DNA of 60,695 bases from Candidatus Gallimonas sp. (GCA_048370055.1 DBGBVX010000005.1:1-60695); one strand, 5' to 3'; counted from the first letter of the stretch, positions 32,890-42,414 are shown. Notes: generated by a model from the sequence alone, not told the origin. Made by a program: numbers and translations.

Positions 32890-35775
32890 ATGAAGAAAGT
32901 TGCGGCGGTATGCTGCGCGGCGGTCATGCTGTGCGGCACGCTTACATTTACGGCATGCGGCGGGCGCGACCCGATCGTGACGGGCGACTATACCCGCCCC
33001 ACCGACGAGCAGCTCAAAGAGGCGCTCGGCGCCATCGACGAAGAGAAACTCTTCGGCGGCGCAGCCGACCAAAACGGCGCGTTCGGGTTTTCCCTCGGCG
33101 GGGATCTCAGGATCGCGATCGCGGCGCAGGAGCGCACCGCGGCGTTTGACGGCAGCGTCAGCTACGATTATAACCGCGAACAGCGCACCGCGGCGGGCGC
33201 GGGAAAGCTCGCCTTTTCCGCGCAGGGATATCCCGCCCCGACGAAGGCGCCCGCCTTTGCCGTGCAGGAGCCGACCGACCCGACGGAAACCGACGGAGAT
33301 ATCCGCTTTGAGGCGGCGCTGTACAACGACTCGGAGGCGGCATACGCCTATGTAACGCTCGCACAGGGAGAAACTCAGACGGAAATGGGCGGAAAGCTCT
33401 CGTTCGGGGCGCTCGCCGCGGCGGCGGAAAGCGCTGAACAGCCTTACGGCAGTCTCCTTCCGCTTGAAGCCGACGCGCGCAGCATTGCGGAAGTTGTCGG
33501 CTCCCTCATGGAGGCGGGCATGGACGCGTGGATGGATACCTCGGAGGGGTTCAAACTCAAGCTCGTTGCAAACGACGGCTTCTACGATACGCTCTCCTCT
33601 TATGCGGAATCGTACGGATTGCAGCTTACATACACGCAAAAGACGTTCGAGATCTATCTCCACATCGGAAAGGACGGGATCCTCGAACAGGTCTCCTCGC
33701 TCGTCGATATCCAAAGCGACGTCGGCGGCGACGAAAACGAGGAAGCGGGAACGCTTACGGTCGACGGCAATTTCGTATTCAGGCGTTCCTCGCCCCGCGT
33801 CACCCTGCCGGGCGAGCTCTCCGATTCCGTAAAATATCCTCTGTACGACGATCTCATCCTTTCCGGCGACCCCGAAGAGCCGTGGGAGCCCGCGCCGCAG
33901 CCCGAGCCCGAGATCGTGCTCAAACCGCAGACGACCGCGGACGGCGTCGTCACCGCGCAGGAATACGCCGTACCTGAGGGCGGAACGCTCCACTACGACG
34001 CAGCGACCGACCGCGTCGCCGTCGTCGCGCAGGACGGCTATAAAATTTACGACGCCGCTTCGCGCAGCCTCCTCTATTCGGATACAAGGCTCCAAGGCGT
34101 CGTGTGCGCCGACAGCTACAACGGCAAACTCTGCCTCGGCACAGGAGAAGGCAAGGGCATCTATATCGTCGACATGAAAAACGGAACGGCTTTTTACGCC
34201 GCCGTCGTCTCCCCCGTTTACAGCATCGCCGTGACGGACAGCTGCATCGTGTTCGGCACGAGCGACCAATGGGGCGCCGTCATGCGCGTCGGCTTTACGG
34301 GAGAAGGCGAGGCGCGCCTCCTTGGCAGCGTTCACAGCCCCGACTTCCTCGTCGCGCACGGAGAAAACATCGTTTACGTCATCGAAAACAGCACGCCGAC
34401 CTCGTCTGTTTACAAAGTCGACCTTGCGGAAAACACCTCGGAGATATTCGGGATCGACGGCGTCAAAGACGCCGACGCGGACATGCGCCTCGACGGCGAG
34501 ACTCTCCACTACGGCGGCGCCTGCTACGACGCGGACACGATGGAGCCCGTCTCTTCGAGCGAGGTCTCGGAACTCTACCCCGAGACAAAGGGCTACTCGC
34601 CCGCGGAGACCCTGCTCATCACGGAAAAATATTCCTACCTGCGCGGCACGGACGGCGCCATGCTCGTATACGACCGCAGCGCGGAGGCGTTCAGATACCG
34701 CGCCGAATTTACGCCCGATACGCTGTACGAGCGCAGCGACGGCACGATATTCGCCGTATGCAAGGCGGCGGGATATGCCGCGGTCATCGACCCTTCCGAC
34801 TTCCCGAAACGGGCGGTCGCACCCGACGATCCGGCGCTTCCCGATCGTCCCGTCTATGAGGACGGCGTTCCCTCCCTCCCGCAGTCGACCAAGGACGGCA
34901 TTCTCACCGTACATACCTTTTACGCGACGGAGGATTCCCTCGCCGCCTACGACGCGGCGACGGACAGCTATATCGTTGCGGAGCGCAATACCTACCGCGT
35001 ATACGACATGCAGACGGGCGAACTGCGCTTTTCGGAAGATCTGCTTTTGGATATCGCATGCCTCGACGCATATAACGGCAAACTGTGCCTCGGGCTCGGA
35101 ACGGCAAAAAAGATCCGCGTCGTCGATCTCGAGAGCGGACGGAGCGAAAACATCGCCGCCGCCGTTGCTGTGAGCGATATCGCCGTCATGAACAGCTGCA
35201 TCGTGTACGCCGACGGCGATCAGTGGTGTTCCGTATACCGCGTCGGATTTACGGGCGAACGGGAAACGCTCCTTTTGAGCTCCGTGTACTATCCCGTACT
35301 CACGCCCAACCGCAGCGAAGGGCTCGTGTATGCGGCCGAGACGGGACTTTCCGACTGTTCCCTCTATTATATAAAGCTGAGCGACGGCACGGCGACGAAG
35401 GTCACGCGATTTGGCGAGTTCCCCTACGCAGAAGGCGGCGCGCACTATGACGGCGAAAACGTGTACTTCGGCGGCGCCCGCTTTGACGCCGTGACGGGAG
35501 AACGGCTTTCCGAGAACATCGCGGAGGACTACCTCCCCGCGTTCGGAACGCTCCCCGAAGAGAGCGTGCTGCTCACCGACGAATATGCCTTCCTCCGCAC
35601 GCAGACGGGCATCCTTGCCGTGTACGGCCGCGCGGAGGGCGAACTCCTCTACCGCACGGGCGTCACCTCCGCGGCGGTATACAGGCGGACGGACGGCACC
35701 TTCGCCCTTCTGAGCGAGACGAACGGCTGTGTGATCGTGTTCGATCCCGCCGCACTCCTTCAGGCGCTGCAATAA
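32890..35775 (+). CDS. Large lipoprotein with two tandem ~320-aa modules, function unknown
   Basis: 961 aa with a signal peptide and lipobox LTFTAC. The internal duplication reads ...YDAATDRVAVVAQDGYKIYD...NGKLCLGTGEGKGIYIVD...RVGFTGEGE... versus ...YDAATDSYIVAERNTYRVYD...NGKLCLGLGTAKKIRVVD...RVGFTGERE.... Confidence 0.75.
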   Translation: MKKVAAVCCAAVMLCGTLTFTACGGRDPIVTGDYTRPTDEQLKEALGAIDEEKLFGGAADQNGAFGFSLGGDLRIAIAAQERTAAFDGSVSYDYNREQRTAAGAGKLAFSAQGYPAPTKAPAFAVQEPTDPTETDGDIRFEAALYNDSEAAYAYVTLAQGETQTEMGGKLSFGALAAAAESAEQPYGSLLPLEADARSIAEVVGSLMEAGMDAWMDTSEGFKLKLVANDGFYDTLSSYAESYGLQLTYTQKTFEIYLHIGKDGILEQVSSLVDIQSDVGGDENEEAGTLTVDGNFVFRRSSPRVTLPGELSDSVKYPLYDDLILSGDPEEPWEPAPQPEPEIVLKPQTTADGVVTAQEYAVPEGGTLHYDAATDRVAVVAQDGYKIYDAASRSLLYSDTRLQGVVCADSYNGKLCLGTGEGKGIYIVDMKNGTAFYAAVVSPVYSIAVTDSCIVFGTSDQWGAVMRVGFTGEGEARLLGSVHSPDFLVAHGENIVYVIENSTPTSSVYKVDLAENTSEIFGIDGVKDADADMRLDGETLHYGGACYDADTMEPVSSSEVSELYPETKGYSPAETLLITEKYSYLRGTDGAMLVYDRSAEAFRYRAEFTPDTLYERSDGTIFAVCKAAGYAAVIDPSDFPKRAVAPDDPALPDRPVYEDGVPSLPQSTKDGILTVHTFYATEDSLAAYDAATDSYIVAERNTYRVYDMQTGELRFSEDLLLDIACLDAYNGKLCLGLGTAKKIRVVDLESGRSENIAAAVAVSDIAVMNSCIVYADGDQWCSVYRVGFTGERETLLLSSVYYPVLTPNRSEGLVYAAETGLSDCSLYYIKLSDGTATKVTRFGEFPYAEGGAHYDGENVYFGGARFDAVTGERLSENIAEDYLPAFGTLPEESVLLTDEYAFLRTQTGILAVYGRAEGELLYRTGVTSAAVYRRTDGTFALLSETNGCVIVFDPAALLQALQ

Positions 35776-35823
35776 AAAACGCCCGCAGCCGCGGACGTTC
35801 AAAAACACCGATGATCTTAAATC

Positions 35824-35863
35824 CGCGCGCCGCAGCTTTGAGCTGCGGCGCGCGATGTTTTAT
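35824..35863. terminator. Bidirectional hairpin terminator between convergent genes
   Basis: CGCGCGCCGCAGC-tttga-GCTGCGGCGCGCG followed by ATGTTTTAT on the + strand. Confidence 0.7.
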
Positions 35864-35870
35864 CGATGTT

Positions 35871-36941
35871 TTATTGTTTCCTGTTCAGCATTTCGGGCGC
35901 GCCGCTCTTTTTGCGCTCATAGCGCACGAAGAGATAGGCGACGACGATCCCCACGACGAAGAGCACCAACCCGAGCGCGAGGTCGAGCGCGTTCACGCCG
36001 TTCTCCGCCCAACCCGTGTACACGGCGTAGACGTCGGGATTGAAGAACATGGTGACGACGGAGCCGAGCGAGAGCCCGACGATGACGAAGAACGCCGCTG
36101 CCCGCCGCTTTGCGAATATCTTTGTGAGGAGCTTCGAGAAGGTGACGAGCCCCAAAAGGAACCCGACGGCAAGGCAGGCATACACGCCGAATACGGCGGG
36201 GTTCTGCTGCCAATAGCTCAGATGCACCGACTCCATGATGGGCGTGAAGTACCCGAACGCCATTAAAAGCGCCGTTGCGCTCAGCCCGGGCACGACCTGC
36301 GTGATCGCCACGAGATACCCGAGCACCAAAAAGAGGATATAGTGCCCCGCGTTCAGCCCCTCGAGCGACTGCGCGCCCTCGGAGGCGTATACGGATACGA
36401 CGGAGATGACGACGGGGATAACAAGCCCGAGCGCGAACAGCCCGAGGCGCAGGGGCGTCTTTTTTTCCGTGCGCACTTCGTCGTATACGGCGGGGAACGC
36501 GCCGAGCATCAGCCCCGCGAACAGTCCGATGACGGTGAACGGGCTGATATCGATGAGCCGCTGTATGGCGAGGAAGCCGAGCACAAAGCCGATCGCGAGC
36601 CCGATGGCGATGGGCACAAGGAACTTTACGCATTTTTTGAACTTTTTCACGATGTTCCCGAGCACATACAGGAGCTTGTGATAGAGCTTGAAGATGATGG
36701 CGACAGTGGAGCCGCTCACCCCCGGCACGATGACGGCGAGCCCGATGAAAAAACCGAGCACGCCGCCCTTTGCGACCTCTTTGCCGTTTTTATATTTGAG
36801 GTCGGGCTCCTCTTCGGCGGCGGGCGCGGGAGGCGGCGCCTCGTCGGGCGCTTCTCCGCTTTCCGCGGAAGGCTCCCCCTCCGCGGGCGTGATGATGATC
36901 TCGTCTTTCTCCCCGACGGGTCTTTCCTGATCTTCTTCCAT
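35871..36941 (-). CDS. DUF368 family membrane protein with an acidic Pro/Ala/Glu-rich N-terminal extension
   Basis: 356 aa, polytopic. The VPGVSGSTVAIIFKLY motif is typical of DUF368. About 50 N-terminal residues are low complexity. Confidence 0.8.
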   Translation of the reverse strand: MEEDQERPVGEKDEIIITPAEGEPSAESGEAPDEAPPPAPAAEEEPDLKYKNGKEVAKGGVLGFFIGLAVIVPGVSGSTVAIIFKLYHKLLYVLGNIVKKFKKCVKFLVPIAIGLAIGFVLGFLAIQRLIDISPFTVIGLFAGLMLGAFPAVYDEVRTEKKTPLRLGLFALGLVIPVVISVVSVYASEGAQSLEGLNAGHYILFLVLGYLVAITQVVPGLSATALLMAFGYFTPIMESVHLSYWQQNPAVFGVYACLAVGFLLGLVTFSKLLTKIFAKRRAAAFFVIVGLSLGSVVTMFFNPDVYAVYTGWAENGVNALDLALGLVLFVVGIVVAYLFVRYERKKSGAPEMLNRKQ

Positions 36942-37013
36942 ATTTTTACCTCATAAAAAAGAAACGCCGAGCCACTTCTGACTTTAAGTGCCCGACTGTT
37001 TTCTCTGATTTTT

Positions 37014-37355
37014 TTACTTTTTCTCTTTGATCTTTGCCGCCTTCCCCGTAAGACCGCGCAGATAGTAGAGCTTTGCCCTTCTCACCTTGCCCGCTCTTAC
37101 AACGGTAACGTATGCCACCTTGGGGGAATGAAGCGGGAAGCAGCGCTCCACGCCGACGCCGAACGACAAACGGCGCACGGTGAACGTTTCGCGGATGCCG
37201 CCGTTCTTCTTTGCGATGACGACGCCCTCGAAATTCTGAATACGCTCTTTTCCGCCCTCGATGATGCGGTAGCCGACCTTGACGGTGTCGCCCACGTTGA
37301 ACTGTGGAACGTTCTCCTTCATGCCCTCGGCTTCGATCGCCTCAATGAGTCCCAT
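37014..37355 (-). CDS. rplS: 50S ribosomal protein L19
   Basis: 113 aa with [11 protein letters not shown]...[17 protein letters not shown]...FTVRR. Confidence 0.97.
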   Translation of the reverse strand: MGLIEAIEAEGMKENVPQFNVGDTVKVGYRIIEGGKERIQNFEGVVIAKKNGGIRETFTVRRLSFGVGVERCFPLHSPKVAYVTVVRAGKVRRAKLYYLRGLTGKAAKIKEKK

Positions 37356-37429
37356 TTCCGACCTACCTCCTTATGGTACGCGACGTTCATTCCCGCATGC
37401 GGCAGAGGAACGCCCGAAGTCACTTGTCA

Positions 37430-37458
37430 ATTATATCCGATACCCCGCGAAAATGCAA
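37430..37458 (-). promoter_or_regulatory. Promoter TTGCAT-17-TATAAT for rplS
   Basis: -10 is at 37430-37435 (rc) and -35 at 37453-37458 (rc). The ~70-nt leader contains the CCGCATGCGG palindrome and may be an L19-type leader (not verified). Confidence 0.6.
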
Positions 37459-37504
37459 CTTTTTTTCGCAGCCTTTCATAAAATTTTTGACCTTTCCCGC
37501 CATT

Positions 37505-38767
37505 TTATTCGTGCGGCGCCGCGGGAAGCGGCGCCTCGTCGGGCGAAGCGTCCGCCTTTTTGACTTCATAAATGCCCTGTACGGCGGCGTAACTGTCGCG
37601 GCGGAGCAGTTTTTTCTGCACGAGGGCGCCCGTCGCGTCGTACACGAGCAGATAGCTCTCGCTTTTCAGCCCCTCTTTTTCGGCGCGCACCGTCCTGTCC
37701 TCCTCGCCCTCCCGAAGCTCCGCCTCGGGCGGCGGGATGCGCGCGAGAACGCGGCTCTCCGTTTTATACCGCATGCCGTCCGGCTTGCCGTATACCTCGA
37801 ACGTGACCTTCCCGCCCGACGTCCGCCCCAAAAGATACACGGGGAACGGGTAGGGATTGGAGAATTTGAGATCGCTCCAGCGGGAGACCATGGCGTCGAG
37901 CGAGGGCTTTACATAGCCCACCGAGAGCGAGTGCGGGCGGCTCTCGGTGACGGCGAGCCCCGCCTCGAGCGCCGCGTTCATGAGCGTTGTGGAAGCCTGA
38001 CACACGCCCCCGCCCGTCCCCGAGACGTACTCCCCGCCCGAGATGATGGGCGCCTCCAAAAACCCGTTTTCCGCCGTCCGCAGCCCCACGGCGGCGTTGA
38101 ACGAGAAGCTCTCCCCGGGGAGCAGTACGCTGCCCGCGACGCGCTCGCAGGCGAGGGCGATGTTGTGCGCCCGCGCCGTTTTGGACGCGTCGAAATAAGT
38201 AGAGAAGGAGGAGAGCTTCTGCGTGCGCTCTTTGAGCTGCGCCCGCGTGACGGATGGCTGCCAGATGTGCGTGACAAGCGACGCCTGCGCCTCCCCCGCG
38301 CCGAGCGCGCGGAGCGCCGCGGCGAGCGAGGCGGCGCGATCGCAGTACACCCCTGCGCGCTCCTTCGCGTAGGAAAATCCGAATCGGGTAAAGGAGAGCG
38401 CGGCGTCCTCCGGCGCGCGCATGCCCCTCTCGCACAGCCGCGCGATCTCCTCTTCCGCACCCACCCATACGCGGCGCACGGTCGCCTCCAAAATATCCCC
38501 CTTCCGCGCCTTCCGCACGAGCATGGGCACGTCGTCCGAATACTCGATCGCGGGCATGGTATCGCCGAAAGGCGTGTGGAGGGTGAAGGGAACGCGCTCC
38601 GCGGCAAGTTTTTTGCGCACCGTCGCGATCGCCTCGCTGTAGGGCATGCCCCCGACCTCGACCCCCGAGACGACGACGTCTGCCCTGACGCACCCCGCGC
38701 GCCCGAGAAAGAAAAACGCGCTCCCCGCGAGGAGGAGCGCCAAAATGCAGGCAAAAACTTTTTTCAT
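37505..38767 (-). CDS. VanW family protein
   Basis: 420 aa with an N-terminal TM/signal anchor and the VanW core motif GGGVCQASTTLMNAAL. Its ATG overlaps the PHP gene stop (ATGA). Confidence 0.8.
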   Translation of the reverse strand: MKKVFACILALLLAGSAFFFLGRAGCVRADVVVSGVEVGGMPYSEAIATVRKKLAAERVPFTLHTPFGDTMPAIEYSDDVPMLVRKARKGDILEATVRRVWVGAEEEIARLCERGMRAPEDAALSFTRFGFSYAKERAGVYCDRAASLAAALRALGAGEAQASLVTHIWQPSVTRAQLKERTQKLSSFSTYFDASKTARAHNIALACERVAGSVLLPGESFSFNAAVGLRTAENGFLEAPIISGGEYVSGTGGGVCQASTTLMNAALEAGLAVTESRPHSLSVGYVKPSLDAMVSRWSDLKFSNPYPFPVYLLGRTSGGKVTFEVYGKPDGMRYKTESRVLARIPPPEAELREGEEDRTVRAEKEGLKSESYLLVYDATGALVQKKLLRRDSYAAVQGIYEVKKADASPDEAPLPAAPHE

Positions 38768-39606
38768 TCGCTCTCCCGAAGGCGGGCGAAGATCTCCAAA
38801 AGGCGCGCGTCGGGCTCGAACGGAGGCTGACCGATGGCGCGGTTGCGCATGCCCTCGGCATGAAAATCCGAACCGCCCGTAAGGTACAGCCCCTTCCTCT
38901 CTCCGTACGCGCGGAAGTACGCCCGCTCGGTATCAGTATGGTCGGAGTGCGTGTATTCTATCCCGTCCAATCCGTGCAAAACAAGCGCGTCCATGAGCTT
39001 TTCGCGCGCTTCGAAGTCAAGCGGGATGCGCCCCGGGTGCGCAAGGGAGGCGATGCCGCCCGTCTGATGGATGACGTCGATCGCGTCGAAGGGCGTGGGG
39101 CGCATCTTATCGGAATAGCAGGGCTTGCCCGCGCTGAAATATTCCAAGTACAGCTCCCCTTTTTTGCGCCCGAGACGGCTCGCGAACGCCCCCACGACAT
39201 GCATGGTATGCAGGGGCGCCTCCTTTTTGAGGTGGAGTTTTTCCGCGTCGTCCAACGTGAGGGAGAGCCCGAACACCGCGTTCGCCCGCGCGATCATCTC
39301 TTCGGCGCGCACGAGGGCGCCCTCTTTGCGGCGCGCAAGGAACGCCCGATACGACGCGTCGGGGCGGCAGCCGTACCCGAGAACGTGCACCTTCGCCGCG
39401 CCCGCATAGGAAGAGACCTCCCACCCCGCGATGAACTGCAATCCCTGCGCCGCGGCGGCGGCGCGCTTTTCGCCGAGTCCCTCGAGGCTGTCGTGATCGG
39501 TCATGGAGAGAAGCTCCACGCCCGCGGCTTTCACGCGCGCGGCGATCTCGGCGGGCGTATACGCTCCGTCCGAATAGATCGTATGGATATGCAGATCTGC
39601 CCTCAT
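38764..39606 (-). CDS. PHP domain phosphoesterase
   Basis: 280 aa from ATG 39606, which overlaps the recF stop. Motifs are ADLHIHTIYSDG and MTDHDS. Confidence 0.8.
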   Translation of the reverse strand: MRADLHIHTIYSDGAYTPAEIAARVKAAGVELLSMTDHDSLEGLGEKRAAAAAQGLQFIAGWEVSSYAGAAKVHVLGYGCRPDASYRAFLARRKEGALVRAEEMIARANAVFGLSLTLDDAEKLHLKKEAPLHTMHVVGAFASRLGRKKGELYLEYFSAGKPCYSDKMRPTPFDAIDVIHQTGGIASLAHPGRIPLDFEAREKLMDALVLHGLDGIEYTHSDHTDTERAYFRAYGERKGLYLTGGSDFHAEGMRNRAIGQPPFEPDARLLEIFARLRESE

Positions 39607-40688
39607 GAAACGATCTTCCCCTCCTTGATGCGTATTTTGTTGCACTCCGCGCCGTACAATACGCGCTCGGCGTGCGTGCAGGTGAGGATACATTGGATAT
39701 CCCGCACCCGTTCCAATAGTTTTTTGCGGCGCGGGAGATCGAGCTCGCTCATCACGTCGTCGAGGATGAGCACGGGCGCTTCGCCCGCGAGCGTGCGGAA
39801 GATCTCCGTTTCGGCAAGTTTTAAGGAGAGCGCCGCCGTGCGCGCCTGCCCCTGCGAACAGTACCCGCGCGCGTCCGCGCCATCGATAGAAATTTTGATG
39901 TCGTCGCGGTGCGGCCCCACGGACGTGAACCCCAGCCGCAGGTCGCGCTCCCGCGCCGCGGAAAACTGCTTTATGAGTTTTTCCGCGATCTCCCCTTCGT
40001 CGTCGGGATAGCTGCCGTCCATCTCGAGGGCAAGCTCCTCCGCGCCGTCGGTGAGGTAGGCGTGCGCGTCGCGCGCGAGCGGCGAAAGTTCCCGCAGATA
40101 CCGCCGCCTGTGGCGGATGATGCGCGCCGCGTACACGGCAAGCTGCTCATCCCAGACGGGGAGCGTTTCGAGAATGAGCGGGACTTCCCGCCCCTTGAGA
40201 AGGTTGTTGCGCTGATCGAGGATGCGCTGATAGCGCGCCAATGCCGTGCAGTACTCGCGCGAAGTCTGCGAAATGGAGAGGTTGAGAAAACGCCTGCGCT
40301 CGTCGGGACCGTCCTGGATGAGCCTTAATTCCCCGGGCGAGAAAAAGACGCTGTTCATGTTGCCCACAAAGTCCGCCGCCCGCGTGAGACGGTTGCCGTT
40401 GAGGTAGAGTTCCCGCTTGTTTTCGAAGATCGCCGCCTCCAGCGTGATCCCGCCGAAACGCGTATGCGCCTCCGCCGAGATGCGCGCGCAGCTCTCGCCG
40501 CGGCGGATGAGCTGACGGTCGTGGCGGATGCGGAGGCTTGCGCCCGTGCAAAGGTAAAACACCGCCTCGGCGCAGTTCGTCTTGCCCTGCGCGTTGCGGC
40601 CCGTGAGCACGTTGAGCCCCTCCGAAAAAGAGAAGGTCTCCGCCTCATAATTTCTGAAATTGACGAGCGTTAATTTTTTGATGACCAT
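39603..40688 (-). CDS. recF: DNA replication/repair protein RecF
   Basis: 361 aa with Walker A GRNAQGKTN, the SMC-like signature SQGQARTAALSLKLAE and Walker B VLILDDVMSELD. Confidence 0.93.
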   Translation of the reverse strand: MVIKKLTLVNFRNYEAETFSFSEGLNVLTGRNAQGKTNCAEAVFYLCTGASLRIRHDRQLIRRGESCARISAEAHTRFGGITLEAAIFENKRELYLNGNRLTRAADFVGNMNSVFFSPGELRLIQDGPDERRRFLNLSISQTSREYCTALARYQRILDQRNNLLKGREVPLILETLPVWDEQLAVYAARIIRHRRRYLRELSPLARDAHAYLTDGAEELALEMDGSYPDDEGEIAEKLIKQFSAARERDLRLGFTSVGPHRDDIKISIDGADARGYCSQGQARTAALSLKLAETEIFRTLAGEAPVLILDDVMSELDLPRRKKLLERVRDIQCILTCTHAERVLYGAECNKIRIKEGKIVS

Positions 40689-40741
40689 GCGGGATTTTTT
40701 TGAAAAACGCTTTCTTTTTGGCGCATTTTGTACTATAATGA

Positions 40742-40755
40742 GAGTGTATACACTC
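40742..40755. promoter_or_regulatory. Perfect 14-bp palindrome GAGTGTATACACTC in the recF-dnaA spacer
   Basis: It lies 2 nt downstream of the best -10 candidate (TATAAT, 40734-40739) for dnaA. The binding partner is unknown. Confidence 0.4.
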
Positions 40756-40817
40756 CCAACCGACAGATAATATTATACCAAAACCGCACGAAAAGGAAAA
40801 GCGTTTGCGAGGGAAAT

Positions 40818-42161
40818 ATGACGGCACAATTCGACTTTTTATGGAATAAGATCCGCGAGCGGGCAAAGGCGCTCATCAACCCCATCTCGTACAGCACGTT
40901 CATCGAAAACCTTACGCCCGTGGACGTTGTGGGCAAGAAGATCGCCCTCAGGGCGGAGAGCGAGCTCGCCGCCCGCACCATCACCAAAAACCACCTCGAA
41001 AAACTGCGCGAGGCGGTCGTCTCCGCCGACGTGGGACTTTCGGACGTGATCATCGTGGTGGAAGGCAGCGAGGAGTTCACCCTCACCGAATCGCCCGACG
41101 ACGCGGTGGAGGCGGATTCCGTTGTTCTGGACAAACGCTATACCTTCGATTCCTACGTGGTGGGCAGCTCCAACAAATTCGTGTTCGCCGCGGCGAAATC
41201 CGTTGCGGAGAACCCCGGCGAAAACTTTAATCCCCTCTACATCTACGGCGGCACGGGGCTCGGCAAGACGCACCTGATGCAGGCAATCGCCAACGACATC
41301 GCGCAGAAAAAACCCTCGCTCAAAGTGATCTACACGACGAGCGAAAAGTTCCTCAACGAGTATGTGGACAGCATGTATGCCAAAAAGGGCTCGGGACGGG
41401 ACAACGAGACGCGTTTCCGCAACCGCTACCGCGGCGTGGACGTGCTGCTCATCGACGATATCCAGTTCTGGGCGGGAAAATACGGCGTGCAGGAGGCGTT
41501 TTTCCACGCCTTCAACGAGCTGTTTTCCCAGCACAAACAGATCGTTATTTCCTCCGACTGCCCCGCCAAGGAGCTGACGACGCTGGAAGAGCGGCTGCGC
41601 ACCCGCTTCGAGGGCGGGCTCATTGCCGATATCCAGCCCCCGGACGCGGAGACGAAGATCGCGATTCTGAAGCGCAAAGCGCTCGAAAAGAAATACGTTG
41701 TGCCCGACGACGTGCTCGCCTTCCTCGTGCGCGGATCGGATAACAACGTGCGCACGCTCGAAGGGCGGCTGAACACCGTCATCTTTGCGAGCAAACTGCA
41801 CGAAGAGCCCATTTCGCTCAAGCTCGCCGCGGAGGCGCTGCAGGAGGCGATCAATGTGGACGAGCAGGAGGAAGTCACGCCCGACGCCATCATCCGCGCG
41901 ACCTGTACCTATTTCGGCATCGGCAAGAACGACCTCGTGGGCAAAAACAAGCGGCAGGAGATCGTGCGCGCGCGGCAGATCTGCATCTACCTCATGTGCG
42001 ATATGCTCGCCCTTCCCCTCGTGACGGTGGGCAAACTGATGGGCGGGCGCGACCACTCCACCATCATCTACGCGCGCGACAAGATCGTGGAACTCATGCG
42101 CGTGAACGACCGCGTGGCGAAAGACGTGAACGACGTAAAGAGCGCGGTACTCAAACAGTAA
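40818..42161 (+). CDS. dnaA: Chromosomal replication initiator protein DnaA
   Basis: 447 aa from ATG 40818, with Walker A GGTGLGKTHL, Walker B LLIDDIQF, sensor motifs and the C-terminal DNA-binding signature GKLMGGRDHSTIIYARDKI. Confidence 0.97.
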   Translation: MTAQFDFLWNKIRERAKALINPISYSTFIENLTPVDVVGKKIALRAESELAARTITKNHLEKLREAVVSADVGLSDVIIVVEGSEEFTLTESPDDAVEADSVVLDKRYTFDSYVVGSSNKFVFAAAKSVAENPGENFNPLYIYGGTGLGKTHLMQAIANDIAQKKPSLKVIYTTSEKFLNEYVDSMYAKKGSGRDNETRFRNRYRGVDVLLIDDIQFWAGKYGVQEAFFHAFNELFSQHKQIVISSDCPAKELTTLEERLRTRFEGGLIADIQPPDAETKIAILKRKALEKKYVVPDDVLAFLVRGSDNNVRTLEGRLNTVIFASKLHEEPISLKLAAEALQEAINVDEQEEVTPDAIIRATCTYFGIGKNDLVGKNKRQEIVRARQICIYLMCDMLALPLVTVGKLMGGRDHSTIIYARDKIVELMRVNDRVAKDVNDVKSAVLKQ

Positions 42162-42165
42162 GTGT

Positions 42166-42363
42166 TCACAGATTTTCCGCGAACTGACGCGGAAAATCTT
42201 CGTGATTTTGAGAGACAACCCGCGGGTACGCCTACGGCTAACCGCGTGTTTTCTCTCTGCGGCGCAATCGCAACATAATAGCGCGCCGCATTCACTCTTT
42301 CACCGTAAGCCGCGTAAGCGGCAAATTGTGGTGCAAAAGGCATAACGCAGTGACGCCTTTTGC
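42166..42363 (-). repeat. Five-hairpin intergenic repeat element, copy 4 (inverted orientation)
   Basis: 198 bp. Its reverse complement aligns end to end with copies 1-3. The H4 end is at 42167-42204 and starts 4 nt after the dnaA TAA. H2 is identical to copy 3, H1b is GCCGC/GCGGC, and H1 is at 42333-42363. Confidence 0.9.
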
Positions 42364-42414
42364 AACCATATTACAGCATTATAATAACACTGCCAAAAAC
42401 CAAATTATCACGAG

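Noticed and set aside
32794-35808. A 1004-aa ORF on the minus strand spanning the whole lipoprotein locus.
   Set aside because: It is an antisense shadow ORF typical of high-GC DNA. Its composition is Arg/Gly/Ala-rich and it has no RBS or promoter. The plus-strand ORF has a consensus promoter, an RBS, a lipobox signal peptide and an internal domain duplication.
2394-42363. Interpreting the dispersed repeats as a CRISPR array or as classical MITEs.
   Set aside because: The copies are 9-15 kb apart rather than in a tandem repeat-spacer array. They lack terminal inverted repeats and obvious target-site duplications. No cas or transposase genes are present in the window.
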